Source: a virus
DNA length: 38,496 nucleotides
Reading direction: 5' to 3' (one strand)
Virus record (IMG/VR): IMGVR_UViG_3300045988_142547
In this document: positions 25,867 to 34,326 of the stretch, piece by piece
Position numbering within the stretch: the first letter of the stretch is position 1
Layout: each line of letters opens with the position of its first letter
Notes under the pieces: model-generated
The model's database searches: none
What the model was told of the DNA's origin: nothing
Seen by the model: the letters and a program-made list of their open reading frames with translations, nothing else
Translations under genes and position numbers: made by a program

Positions 25867-26745
25867 ATGGCTACATTAAAAGAAGTACTTGATTTTTATA
25901 AATATCTAGCGAATAACGGGCTAGGTATCGACAACGATGGAGCTTACGGCTACCAATGCGCGGATGTTCCAGCTTACTTGGCATACCATTATTTTGGCAA
26001 GTGGTTGTGGGGTAATGCGATTAATTTATTAGACTCTGCTGCTGCGCAAGGATTCGAGGTCATCTATGAAGGCCCGGGCGTAATTGCAAAAGCTGGGGAC
26101 GTTTTCGTCATGGAAGTGCCAGGGTCACCTTATGGTCATACTGGTCTAGTCATCGAGGATTCGGACGGCTATACGTTGAAAACCATTGAGCAAAATATAG
26201 ACGGGAACTGGGACTTCCTTGAAGTGGGCGGTCCGGCTCGTTATAACACACGCTCTTACAGCGGCATGGTCGGATTTATCCGTTTCCCTTACGGGTCAGA
26301 AACTCCGGAAGTGAAGGAGGGCTGGGTTAAGGATGACCAGGGCTGGTGGTATCGTAACCAGGACGGGTCTTATCCTAAGAACCAATGGAAGACCATTGGG
26401 GGCAATCTGTTCCGATTCGATGGCAATGGCTACATCTTAGAAAAGCAGTGGTTTAAGGACGAAGAGGACGGTCAGTGGTACTGGCTGCGCGAAGGAGGCT
26501 ATATGGCGACCGGTTGGGTTCGAATCGGAGAGTCATGGTACTTCTTCAACTCTGACGGGTCCATGAAGACCGGTTGGGTTTCTTACTTCGATAAATGGTA
26601 CTATCTCAAGGAGTCTAATGGCGCGATGGTATCTGAAGAAGTGCGCAATGTGGACGGGGACTGGTATTACTTCGATAAAAACGGCGAAATGCTAAGCAAG
26701 GCAACCGTGTATGTCGATGATTCAGGTCGTATGCATTTTAAATAA
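25867..26745 (+). CDS. Endolysin: N-terminal CHAP peptidase/amidase domain plus C-terminal choline/cell-wall-binding repeats (CW_binding_1)
   Basis: The catalytic Cys context is GAYGYQCADVPAY, with GHTGLV as the His motif. About six C-terminal ~20-aa aromatic repeats follow (GWVKDDQGWWYRNQDGS, GWVRIGESWYFFNSDGSMKTGW, DKWYYLKESNGAM, GDWYYFDKNGEM). Confidence 0.9.
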   Translation: MATLKEVLDFYKYLANNGLGIDNDGAYGYQCADVPAYLAYHYFGKWLWGNAINLLDSAAAQGFEVIYEGPGVIAKAGDVFVMEVPGSPYGHTGLVIEDSDGYTLKTIEQNIDGNWDFLEVGGPARYNTRSYSGMVGFIRFPYGSETPEVKEGWVKDDQGWWYRNQDGSYPKNQWKTIGGNLFRFDGNGYILEKQWFKDEEDGQWYWLREGGYMATGWVRIGESWYFFNSDGSMKTGWVSYFDKWYYLKESNGAMVSEEVRNVDGDWYYFDKNGEMLSKATVYVDDSGRMHFK

Positions 26746-26755
26746 AAAAAATCGT

Positions 26756-26789
26756 GTGGGTCGCTCCAAGTGGGCGGCCCACTTTTTTT
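26756..26789 (+). terminator. Strong intrinsic terminator ending the late operon
   Basis: 9-bp GC-rich stem gtgggtcgc / gcggcccac (one G-U pair) with a 9-nt loop. Followed by seven T residues and preceded by an A-run. Confidence 0.85.
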
Positions 26790-26957
26790 GTGCTCTCTTT
26801 TCACGCTGCGTGACCGCTGCGAGATTTTACACGGTCCGGCATGTGTTTATATGTCCAGGGTCCTATCGAGCAAATAGGTCGGTTTTTGTGCCAATTATCA
26901 ATACATAATATAGAAGCAAAAAAAATAAAAAATAATTGAATTTATGTAAATTAACTG

Positions 26958-26986
26958 TTGACAAAAATGTAAACCAGAGTTATTAT
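26958..26986 (+). promoter_or_regulatory. Consensus sigma-A early promoter P1
   Basis: -35 TTGACA, 17-nt spacer, -10 TATTAT. An A/T-rich UP-like tract lies upstream. A 34-nt block (26967..27000) matches P2 at 32 of 34 positions. Confidence 0.8.
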
Positions 26987-27032
26987 ATAGACAGTGAAGG
27001 GGACGACCCCTACCAAAGGAGGAAAAAAGAAA

Positions 27033-27572
27033 ATGATTAATTTTGTAGAAGATATGGAGCGTATTTTGGAATTGATGGAGGACTACGTGGACGAATACAA
27101 GGGCACACCGATTGAAAGTGAAATCGCTGAGTTTCATCGCGTGGCAGTTGAATTATCTGAGCACCAATACTTGAGCGAACAAGAAGCGTATGAAGCAGTT
27201 AAGCGTATCTTACACGACCAAGAAGCTCTAGTAAGCAGCAATTGGAAAATGAAGGACCGCATGAAAACTGAAAGCGCGGCAAAAGCTGACAAGCTCATGA
27301 AAGAAATCAAAAGCCTATTAAGCAACGCTCGCATCGAATTATCAAAAAAAGTTTTTGATGCAACTAACGGCATGAACGGCAGTTTCTTCAATCAAGCATC
27401 TAACTACTTATTCAAATTAACTACTCGCTTAGATGGAGCCACTAGCCTAATGAATGAAAAAGAAATCGATGAGTTGCATATCGTGCGCCGCCTATCTGAG
27501 TACTTGAAGGACGCACAGGAAGATTATAAAAATCTAATGCACTATACAGCTAAGATGGAGGAATACAAATAA
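27033..27572 (+). CDS. Hypothetical early protein (179 aa, helical)
   Basis: ORF 26994..27572. ATG 27033 is preceded by AAAGGAGG (27016..27023). First gene after P1. Confidence 0.6.
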   Translation: MINFVEDMERILELMEDYVDEYKGTPIESEIAEFHRVAVELSEHQYLSEQEAYEAVKRILHDQEALVSSNWKMKDRMKTESAAKADKLMKEIKSLLSNARIELSKKVFDATNGMNGSFFNQASNYLFKLTTRLDGATSLMNEKEIDELHIVRRLSEYLKDAQEDYKNLMHYTAKMEEYK

Positions 27573-27817
27573 TGACTAATATTTACGCCGAATTTAGAAC
27601 CAAAACCATCCCACAAATAAATGATATCATCGAGCACTATTTGGTGCTCGGTGCCTTCGAAGAGATAGAAGTGGCCGCAGAATACGGGTCCTATGGTCAG
27701 TGCATTTGCCGCTACCACGAAGCGGACTGCAATGAGTTCTTTGAGGATAAATTGGTTGAAATCATTGATAGAGTGAATGTATGGCATGACCGAATTTACA
27801 TAAAAAAAGTTTACTAA
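27572..27817 (+). CDS. Hypothetical early protein (81 aa, Cys-containing)
   Basis: The ATG overlaps the upstream stop (aaaTAATGa). Cys/His residues occur in QCICRYHEADC. Confidence 0.5.
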   Translation: MTNIYAEFRTKTIPQINDIIEHYLVLGAFEEIEVAAEYGSYGQCICRYHEADCNEFFEDKLVEIIDRVNVWHDRIYIKKVY

Positions 27818-27832
27818 AATTCAAGATAATAG

Positions 27833-27861
27833 TTGACTATTATGTAAATGAGAGTTATTAT
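27833..27861 (+). promoter_or_regulatory. Consensus sigma-A early promoter P2 with an overlapping inverted repeat (possible operator)
   Basis: -35 TTGACT, 17-nt spacer, -10 TATTAT. The inverted repeat ataatag-ttga-ctattat (27826..27843) spans the -35. Confidence 0.8.
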
Positions 27862-27910
27862 ATAGACAGTGAAGGACGGGTAAGGTCCTAGCGAAAGGGG
27901 AAAAAAGAAA

Positions 27911-28345
27911 ATGAAAATTACTAAAAAATTAGCGAAGGAAATCTTCCAAGGAAATTTTAAAAATATCGATTGGGGTCGCTTGAATAGCGAAAAAGTTGGA
28001 AATGACAACCGCATGTATTCAGTGAACTGCTTCCCACCACGTGTTGAATTCGTTGAGGCTCTATACCACAGACCCGATTTCATCACTGATAAAGAATTCG
28101 ATAAATTGACAGGTATGCGCATTGTATATCTTCCAGGAAAGCGCCAAAGCCTAAAAGGTAAAAAGCACTATGAATGGACCGATGTATTATCAATGCGCAA
28201 AGCAGTTGATGGTCATTACTACTTACAAATTGAACGCTGCAAAGCAGACCGATTCCGTGCTCATTGTGTATTCGATTTCGATATGAATACCCGTGCAGTG
28301 CTACTCGAAAGAATGGCAAAAATGGACGACCGCTTTGGATTCTAA
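27911..28345 (+). CDS. Hypothetical early protein (144 aa)
   Basis: RBS AAAGGGG. First gene after P2. No recognisable motif. Confidence 0.6.
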   Translation: MKITKKLAKEIFQGNFKNIDWGRLNSEKVGNDNRMYSVNCFPPRVEFVEALYHRPDFITDKEFDKLTGMRIVYLPGKRQSLKGKKHYEWTDVLSMRKAVDGHYYLQIERCKADRFRAHCVFDFDMNTRAVLLERMAKMDDRFGF

Positions 28346-28373
28346 AAATTATACACTGAAAGGGGGTGAGCGT

Positions 28374-28610
28374 TTGAGTAATGTTACATTCAAACCATTT
28401 GACGACTTGATTCAAAATTCCGGACTGAAGTTGGATGCGGTAGCCAGCCGCATGGATGTGAGCCGTCAGCGTTTATACGAGTTCAGAAAAGACCCAGCAT
28501 GTATGAGCGTGGACCAGTTGAAAAAGATGGCGGATATTTTAGGAGTGGAATTCGCGGACATGTATAATCTGCGTGAAGCGTACCAAAATGAGACGAAGGA
28601 GGACCTATGA
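28374..28610 (+). CDS. XRE/Cro-type helix-turn-helix DNA-binding protein (78 aa)
   Basis: ORF 28293..28610. TTG 28374 lies 7 nt after AAAGGGGG. The HTH pattern is LKLDAVASRMDVSRQRLYEFRK...SVDQLKKMADILGV. Confidence 0.7.
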   Translation: MSNVTFKPFDDLIQNSGLKLDAVASRMDVSRQRLYEFRKDPACMSVDQLKKMADILGVEFADMYNLREAYQNETKEDL

Positions 28611-28840
28611 TGCGAAGCAAAAAACACAAAAAAGTTAAAATCCAAATGAAGTATTTTATACCTTACATTATGAGCTGGTACATCATATTCTTTGGAGCCG
28701 TTGCTGCAATACTGTCATGCGCTGTTTATATCAATAAAGCGATTGTGCAGCACGATGGAATAGTACAGCAGCATATAGACGGCACTTATGTGGAGCCAGA
28801 TTTCATGGACTCTTGGGGTCAAGCAAAAAAACAAAAATAA
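28607..28840 (+). CDS. Small membrane protein (77 aa, one TM)
   Basis: The ATG overlaps the upstream stop. TM segment YIMSWYIIFFGAVAAILSCAVYI. Confidence 0.55.
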   Translation: MMRSKKHKKVKIQMKYFIPYIMSWYIIFFGAVAAILSCAVYINKAIVQHDGIVQQHIDGTYVEPDFMDSWGQAKKQK

Positions 28841-28853
28841 GGGGAGTTAGCCT

Positions 28854-29069
28854 ATGACAAAAGAAGAATATCAATTTATTGAAGCCGTAATTTCAGAAAT
28901 GAAAAAAGGGTACTTTAGCATCGATGATGCGCTCACTGCTTTGAGAGCATTATCCTGCACACTTGTTATCCTTTCAGAGCCGCGCGGATTTACATTAACC
29001 GCCAAGGATTTGGATGATGTTCTAAAATCATTCAGAAATGGAATGGAGCACCAAAATGAAAAAGAATGA
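28854..29069 (+). CDS. Hypothetical protein (71 aa), paralogue of the next ORF
   Basis: RBS GGGGAG. Shares the pattern F..AV....KK..S.D.A..AL.A...TLV with 29056..29250. Confidence 0.5.
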   Translation: MTKEEYQFIEAVISEMKKGYFSIDDALTALRALSCTLVILSEPRGFTLTAKDLDDVLKSFRNGMEHQNEKE

Positions 29070-29250
29070 ATTGAATTTCACGAGGGCCGTTTTTAATTCA
29101 ATAAAAAAGTATGAATTGAGCAATGATGAAGCCATGGGCGCATTAGTTGCCATTGTCAAAACTTTAGTTACTATGACAAAGGTGCTAGAGCTCGAAGTGA
29201 AAAATATTGATGATATTGATGAATTAATCGCACAATTGGATATTAATTAA
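29056..29250 (+). CDS. Hypothetical protein (64 aa), paralogue of the previous ORF
   Basis: ORF 29038..29250. ATG 29056 follows GGAG. Roughly 30% identity by eye to 28854..29069. Confidence 0.5.
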   Translation: MKKNELNFTRAVFNSIKKYELSNDEAMGALVAIVKTLVTMTKVLELEVKNIDDIDELIAQLDIN

Positions 29251-29263
29251 AGGAGTGTTATCT

Positions 29264-29644
29264 ATGACAAAAACGATTGATTTTAATACGGATGAATTTT
29301 TCAAAAAAATGACGAATGCAGAAAGCGATAAAAAAGAACTATATGCCACTATGCGCTGCCTAACCAGTGAAGCCTGGTTAAGTGGTGCCCGTTGGAACTC
29401 TGAGGACGAAGGCGCAGGCTTTCTTGAAATGTTGAGCTTCATGGAGGACCTATGCACTTACAATCGAATCATGGCCCAGTATTTATTGGAAAAAATGGAC
29501 GCTGACGAAGCACTCGCTCACTTAAAAACGAAATCTCGCAAATTCTTCATTGAAACTGTATGTCCAGAAGAAGCTGCGTATTTGAAGCGTATGTTTTCGA
29601 ATGCGGACGTGAATACCGCAGAATTAGAGAGCGTGTTGGGTTAA
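29264..29644 (+). CDS. Hypothetical protein (126 aa)
   Basis: ORF 29255..29644. ATG 29264 follows AAAGGAG (29250..29256). Confidence 0.55.
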   Translation: MTKTIDFNTDEFFKKMTNAESDKKELYATMRCLTSEAWLSGARWNSEDEGAGFLEMLSFMEDLCTYNRIMAQYLLEKMDADEALAHLKTKSRKFFIETVCPEEAAYLKRMFSNADVNTAELESVLG

Positions 29645-29659
29645 TGGAAGGAGTGCACC

Positions 29660-30967
29660 ATGGCAGTTAAAATTAATAAATTAGAAATCGAAAATGTGAA
29701 GCGTGTAAAAGCCGTAATGATTGAGCCTACCGCTAACGGGCTGACTATCCTAGGCGGCAATAATAACCAAGGTAAAACCAGTGTGTTGGATTCCATCGCT
29801 TGGGCCTTGGGTGGTAATAAATTCAAACCGAGCAAGCCTACCCGTGAAGGGTCCATGAATCCACCAAGCCTACGAGTGGAGCTGTCTAACGGCTTAATCG
29901 TGGAGCGTAAGGGTAAGAACTCAGATTTGAAAGTGACGGACCCAGCCGGTGGTCGTGCCGGTCAGCAATTGCTCGATTCATTCGTTGAGGAGTTTGCGTT
30001 GAATCTACCTAAGTTCATGGAGTCTACTCCAAAGGAAAAGGCAGCGACCTTGCTGCGCATCATCGGGGTCGGGGACAAGCTGTACGCTCTAGACAATCAA
30101 GAATCGCAATTATATAATGAGCGATTGACCATCGGGCGCGTTGCGGACCAAAAGAAAAAGTTTGCAGCCGAACAGCCGCAGTACCCGGAAGCGCCGAACG
30201 ACCTGGTCAGCATTGCCGACCTTATCAATGAGCAGCAGGCCATCCTTGCTCGTAATGGTGAGAATGCTCAGAAGCGTTTGAACCAGGAAAAAATCAAGAA
30301 TGAGCTGCATCAGTCTGAAGCGCGCCTTGCTCAGTTGAAGGAGGCCCTTGCTGCAGAAGAAGCAGTACATGAAAAGTTGATGGGCGATTATATCATCGCG
30401 AATAAATCGATTGAGGACCTTGTTGATGAATCAACCGCTGAGATTGAGCAATCAATCGCTAATATAGAAGAAATCAATCGCAAGGTCAGAGCAAACCTTG
30501 ATAAAGCGAAAGCAGAAGAAGATGCTGCGGAATTCGCTACTAAGTATGAAGCGCTAAGCGTTGAAATTCAGAAAGTTAGGGACGAGCGTTCACAGTTGCT
30601 CGAAAGTGCTGACCTGCCATTGCCTGGTCTATCCGTGGAAGATGGCGAGCTAGTGTTCGAAGGTCAAAAGTGGGACAATATGTCCGGCTCTCAGCAGCTT
30701 AGAATCTCGACCGCTATTGTTAGAAAATTGAAGCCGGATTGCGGCTTTGTGTTACTCGATAAACTAGAGCAGATGGATTTACCTACTTTGACCGAGTTCG
30801 GTCAATGGCTCGAAAGTGTGGGGCTTCAAGCAATCGCCACTCGCGTATCAAGCGGCGAGGAGTGCCAGATTATTATCGAGGATGGATATGTTAAAAGTGA
30901 CACTGTGACCCCTTTCCAAAACCCAGCACCTACCGCACCAGTTAAGGATTGGACACAGGAGTTCTAA
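29660..30967 (+). CDS. SMC/RecN/SbcC-like AAA ATPase (recombination/replication module)
   Basis: 435 aa. Walker A in ILGGNNNQGKTSVLD, a long central coiled coil, a signature-like MSGSQQ, and Walker B in FVLLDKLEQMD. Confidence 0.75.
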   Translation: MAVKINKLEIENVKRVKAVMIEPTANGLTILGGNNNQGKTSVLDSIAWALGGNKFKPSKPTREGSMNPPSLRVELSNGLIVERKGKNSDLKVTDPAGGRAGQQLLDSFVEEFALNLPKFMESTPKEKAATLLRIIGVGDKLYALDNQESQLYNERLTIGRVADQKKKFAAEQPQYPEAPNDLVSIADLINEQQAILARNGENAQKRLNQEKIKNELHQSEARLAQLKEALAAEEAVHEKLMGDYIIANKSIEDLVDESTAEIEQSIANIEEINRKVRANLDKAKAEEDAAEFATKYEALSVEIQKVRDERSQLLESADLPLPGLSVEDGELVFEGQKWDNMSGSQQLRISTAIVRKLKPDCGFVLLDKLEQMDLPTLTEFGQWLESVGLQAIATRVSSGEECQIIIEDGYVKSDTVTPFQNPAPTAPVKDWTQEF

Positions 30968-30989
30968 AAATAGAAAGGAGTAAAAATCT

Positions 30990-32114
30990 ATGAATATAGA
31001 AATCACAAAAGGAAAGCAGGCCCGTGCTCAGCGTGTGGTCATCTACGGTACCGAAGGCATCGGGAAGTCCACGCTCGCTGCGCAATTCCCGGACCCTGTT
31101 TTCATTGACACCGAAGGGTCCACATCGAATATGGATGTGAAGCGCTTTGGTAAACCAACCAGTTGGACGATGCTCATGAATGAAATTGCATTTGTGAAGG
31201 CGAATCCTGGCTGCTGCAAAACTCTAGTAATCGACACGGTCGACTGGGCGGAGCAGTTATGTGTGGAGCATGTGTGTGCATTCCATGGTAAGAAAGGCAT
31301 CGAGGACTTTGGGTATGGTAACGGCTATACGTATGTACGCGAAGAAATGGGCCGCTTACTGAACAAGCTGCAGGAGCTAGTGGACTCGGGAGTCCATGTA
31401 GTGCTGACCGCTCACTCGCAGTTGCGCAAGTTCGAACGCCCGGAAGAAGAGGGAGCGTATGACCGCTACGAGTTGAAGCTCGGGAAAAAAACCGGCTCTC
31501 AAACTTCCCCACTGATTAAGGAGTGGGCGGACATCGTCTTATTCTGTAATTACCAGTTAATGGTCGTTAAGTCTGAGACGAACAAAGCGAAGGCTTACGG
31601 TGGCGAGCGATTCATGTATACTACGCACCACCCAGCCTGGGACGCGAAGAACCGACACGGTCTACCGCCTAAGCTGCCAATGGACTATTCAGCAATTGCT
31701 CATATCTTCGAAGCGCCAGCTGCGCCTACTGAAGAGCCGCAGTTAATGAAAGCTGCAGAACCAATCCAGGAAGCTGCGCCGGTCGCTACGGGTCCAGCCG
31801 TTCCGGTCCAGGAAGCAGTTGCATCAGTGGATACGGTCGTACAGGCTGCCGCTCCAGCCGAGCCAGTTACAAGTGACCCGTTTGCGGAATCATCAACGAT
31901 TAATATCCCGGATATTATTCCGGCCGCTCTGAAGGACTTAATGCTGCAGAACTCAGTATCAGTGGACGAGCTGCAACTCATGGCATTCACTCGTGGTCAT
32001 TTCCCACAGGATACGCCGATTGAAAATTTCCCACAGGAATACTGGGGAGCCATCGTCAGCCATTGGGACCAATCAATGGAAGAAATTTTGAAAAATCGAA
32101 ATACTAAAAATTAG
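30990..32114 (+). CDS. Sak4-like RecA-fold ATPase (AAA_24 family) with a Pro/Ala-rich C-terminal extension
   Basis: VVIYGTEGIGKSTLAAQFPDPVFIDTEGS matches the AAA_24 N-terminal pattern. Walker B is LVIDTVD. Followed by a DUF669-type gene, as is usual for this family. Confidence 0.75.
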   Translation: MNIEITKGKQARAQRVVIYGTEGIGKSTLAAQFPDPVFIDTEGSTSNMDVKRFGKPTSWTMLMNEIAFVKANPGCCKTLVIDTVDWAEQLCVEHVCAFHGKKGIEDFGYGNGYTYVREEMGRLLNKLQELVDSGVHVVLTAHSQLRKFERPEEEGAYDRYELKLGKKTGSQTSPLIKEWADIVLFCNYQLMVVKSETNKAKAYGGERFMYTTHHPAWDAKNRHGLPPKLPMDYSAIAHIFEAPAAPTEEPQLMKAAEPIQEAAPVATGPAVPVQEAVASVDTVVQAAAPAEPVTSDPFAESSTINIPDIIPAALKDLMLQNSVSVDELQLMAFTRGHFPQDTPIENFPQEYWGAIVSHWDQSMEEILKNRNTKN

Positions 32115-32136
32115 AAAATGAAAGAGGTATAAAATT

Positions 32137-32679
32137 ATGACAACTTACAACCAACCAATGAACCAACCTGACCGCGTGCTATCTTGGGATGATACAATTC
32201 AAAAGGATTCAGAATTCGTCCTATTACCCGAAGGGGTCTACTATTTCACTGTATCGGGTTTAGAGCGTGCCCAATACACGCCGGGTCCAAATAGTAAAAT
32301 CCCAGCCTGCCCTCAAGCTAAAATCACAATCAAAATCCCATCAGCGCAGGGTGAGGCTACTGTACGCCATAACTTATTCTTATATAGCTCTAATGAAGGT
32401 CTATTATCTGCTTTCTTTGGTGCTATCGGTTTGAAGAAAAAAAATGCGCCGCTTCAAATGGATTTCAATAATATCATGGGTAAGAGTGGCTATTGCCGTA
32501 TTAAAATGCGCACTTACAATGGCGACCAATACAACGAAGTAAAAGCGATGTTATATCCGGATGAAGTGAACCCAGCGCAAGTCTTAAATGCTCAGTTTGT
32601 GAATGGTGGAATCCAGCAAGCTGCTCCTACAATGCAAGCTGCGCCTGCTGCTGGTCCATGGAATAACGGCGCATTCTAA
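32137..32679 (+). CDS. DUF669-like protein (putative ssDNA-binding partner of Sak4)
   Basis: 180 aa. The N-terminal pattern WDDTIQKDSEFVLLPEGVYYFTV and its position directly after the AAA_24 gene support the call. Confidence 0.55.
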   Translation: MTTYNQPMNQPDRVLSWDDTIQKDSEFVLLPEGVYYFTVSGLERAQYTPGPNSKIPACPQAKITIKIPSAQGEATVRHNLFLYSSNEGLLSAFFGAIGLKKKNAPLQMDFNNIMGKSGYCRIKMRTYNGDQYNEVKAMLYPDEVNPAQVLNAQFVNGGIQQAAPTMQAAPAAGPWNNGAF

Positions 32680-32691
32680 GGGGTGTAATGA

Positions 32692-34287
32692 ATGGAACTC
32701 AGACCCTATCAAACCGAGGCACGTGAGTCCATTCAAAAAGAATGGGCCGCTGGCAATAAAAAGACGCTGCTGGTCCTACCGACCGGATGTGGTAAAACGA
32801 TTGTATTCTCTAAAGTGATAGAGGACCGAGTAAGGCTAGGCGAGCGCGTGCTCGTCCTGGCTCATCGCTCGGAGCTGCTCGACCAAGCAAGCGACAAGCT
32901 GCTACAAGCGACCGGTCTGCAGACTTCACTTGAAAAGGCGGAATCTACCAGTCTAGGTTCATGGAACCGGGTTGTCGTTGGGTCTGTTCAGACCTTGCAG
33001 CAGCCTAAGCGGCTGGCGAAGTTCGACCCGGACCATTTCGACTCTATCGTGGTAGATGAAGCGCACCATTGCATCTCCGATGGTTATCAGCGTGTGCTCT
33101 CTCATTTTGAAAGTGCGAATGTGCTCGGGGTGACCGCTACTCCGGACCGTGGGGATATGAAAAACTTAGGAACCTATTTTGATTCACTAGCGTATGAATA
33201 CACGCTGCCGAAGGCTATCCGTGAAGGATATCTCAGCCCAATTAAGGCATTAACGATTCCGTTATCACTCGACCTGGCTGGCGTTGGAATGTCGCAAGGC
33301 GATTTTAAGGCCAGCGATGTCGGGACGGCGCTTGACCCTTACTTGGAGCAAATAGCCGAGGAAATGAAGCAGCACTGTATGGACAAAAAAACAGTCGTAT
33401 TCCTGCCGCTGGTTAAAACTTCACAAAAGTTCCGCGATATCCTAAATGAAAAAGGATTCAAAGCTGCGGAAGTCAATGGCGAATCGAAGGACCGAGCGGA
33501 AGTGCTCGAGGCGTTTGAGCGTGGTGATTACAATGTGTTATGTAATTCTATGCTACTGACCGAAGGGTGGGATTGCCCATCCGTGGATTGTGTGGTCGTA
33601 CTTCGGCCGACTAAGGTCCGGGCGCTCTATTCTCAAATGGTCGGAAGGGGGACTCGCTTGTTCCCTGGTAAAACTCATTTGTTGCTGCTCGATTTCTTAT
33701 GGCATACCGAGAAGCACGAGCTATGCCGCCCAGCGCACCTTATCGCTGAGAATGAAGAAGTGGCTAAGGCTATGGTAGCTAAAACCGAGGAGCAGACCGG
33801 AGTAGAGTTAGACCTTGATGACCTAGAAGCTGCAGCGAAGGAAGACGTGACCGCTCAGCGTGAAGAAGCCCTTGCTAATAAGCTGGCAGAAATGCGTAAG
33901 CGTAAGCGTAAGCTAGTGGACCCACTACAGTTTGAAATGAGCATCCATGCTGAGGACCTAACCAGTTACGTTCCGGCCTTTGGGTGGGAAATGGAAAAAC
34001 CAACCGAGAAGCAAAATATCGCCCTTGAAAAATTGGGCATCTTTCCGGATGAGATTGATTCCGCTGGTAAGGCTCAGCGAATGCTTGACCGCTTATCGAA
34101 GCGCCAAACTGAAGGACTTACTACTCCGAAGCAAATCCGTTTCTTGGAGCAGCGTGGTTTCCGTAATGTGGGCATGTGGCCGTTTGAAGCTGCTTCAAAT
34201 ATGATTAATCGAATAGCAGCGAACGGGTGGCGAATCCCACGAGGTATCGTTGCTAAAAATTACAAACCGGAGAATATTAATGTGTAA
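32692..34287 (+). CDS. Superfamily 2 DEAD/DEAH-box DNA helicase
   Basis: Motif I LPTGCGKT, motif II VVDEAHH, motif III GVTATP, motif VI QMVGRGTR. Confidence 0.9.
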   Translation: MELRPYQTEARESIQKEWAAGNKKTLLVLPTGCGKTIVFSKVIEDRVRLGERVLVLAHRSELLDQASDKLLQATGLQTSLEKAESTSLGSWNRVVVGSVQTLQQPKRLAKFDPDHFDSIVVDEAHHCISDGYQRVLSHFESANVLGVTATPDRGDMKNLGTYFDSLAYEYTLPKAIREGYLSPIKALTIPLSLDLAGVGMSQGDFKASDVGTALDPYLEQIAEEMKQHCMDKKTVVFLPLVKTSQKFRDILNEKGFKAAEVNGESKDRAEVLEAFERGDYNVLCNSMLLTEGWDCPSVDCVVVLRPTKVRALYSQMVGRGTRLFPGKTHLLLLDFLWHTEKHELCRPAHLIAENEEVAKAMVAKTEEQTGVELDLDDLEAAAKEDVTAQREEALANKLAEMRKRKRKLVDPLQFEMSIHAEDLTSYVPAFGWEMEKPTEKQNIALEKLGIFPDEIDSAGKAQRMLDRLSKRQTEGLTTPKQIRFLEQRGFRNVGMWPFEAASNMINRIAANGWRIPRGIVAKNYKPENINV

Positions 34288-34326
34288 ATGTCAAATTCAA
34301 AAAGTTAAAAACGAGGGGGTGAGTTA

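Noticed and set aside
28374-28610. The HTH protein as a CI/Cro lysogeny switch component
   Set aside because: There is no divergently transcribed partner, no integrase, and the gene sits co-directionally inside an early operon. An Aca-like or other early regulator role fits better.
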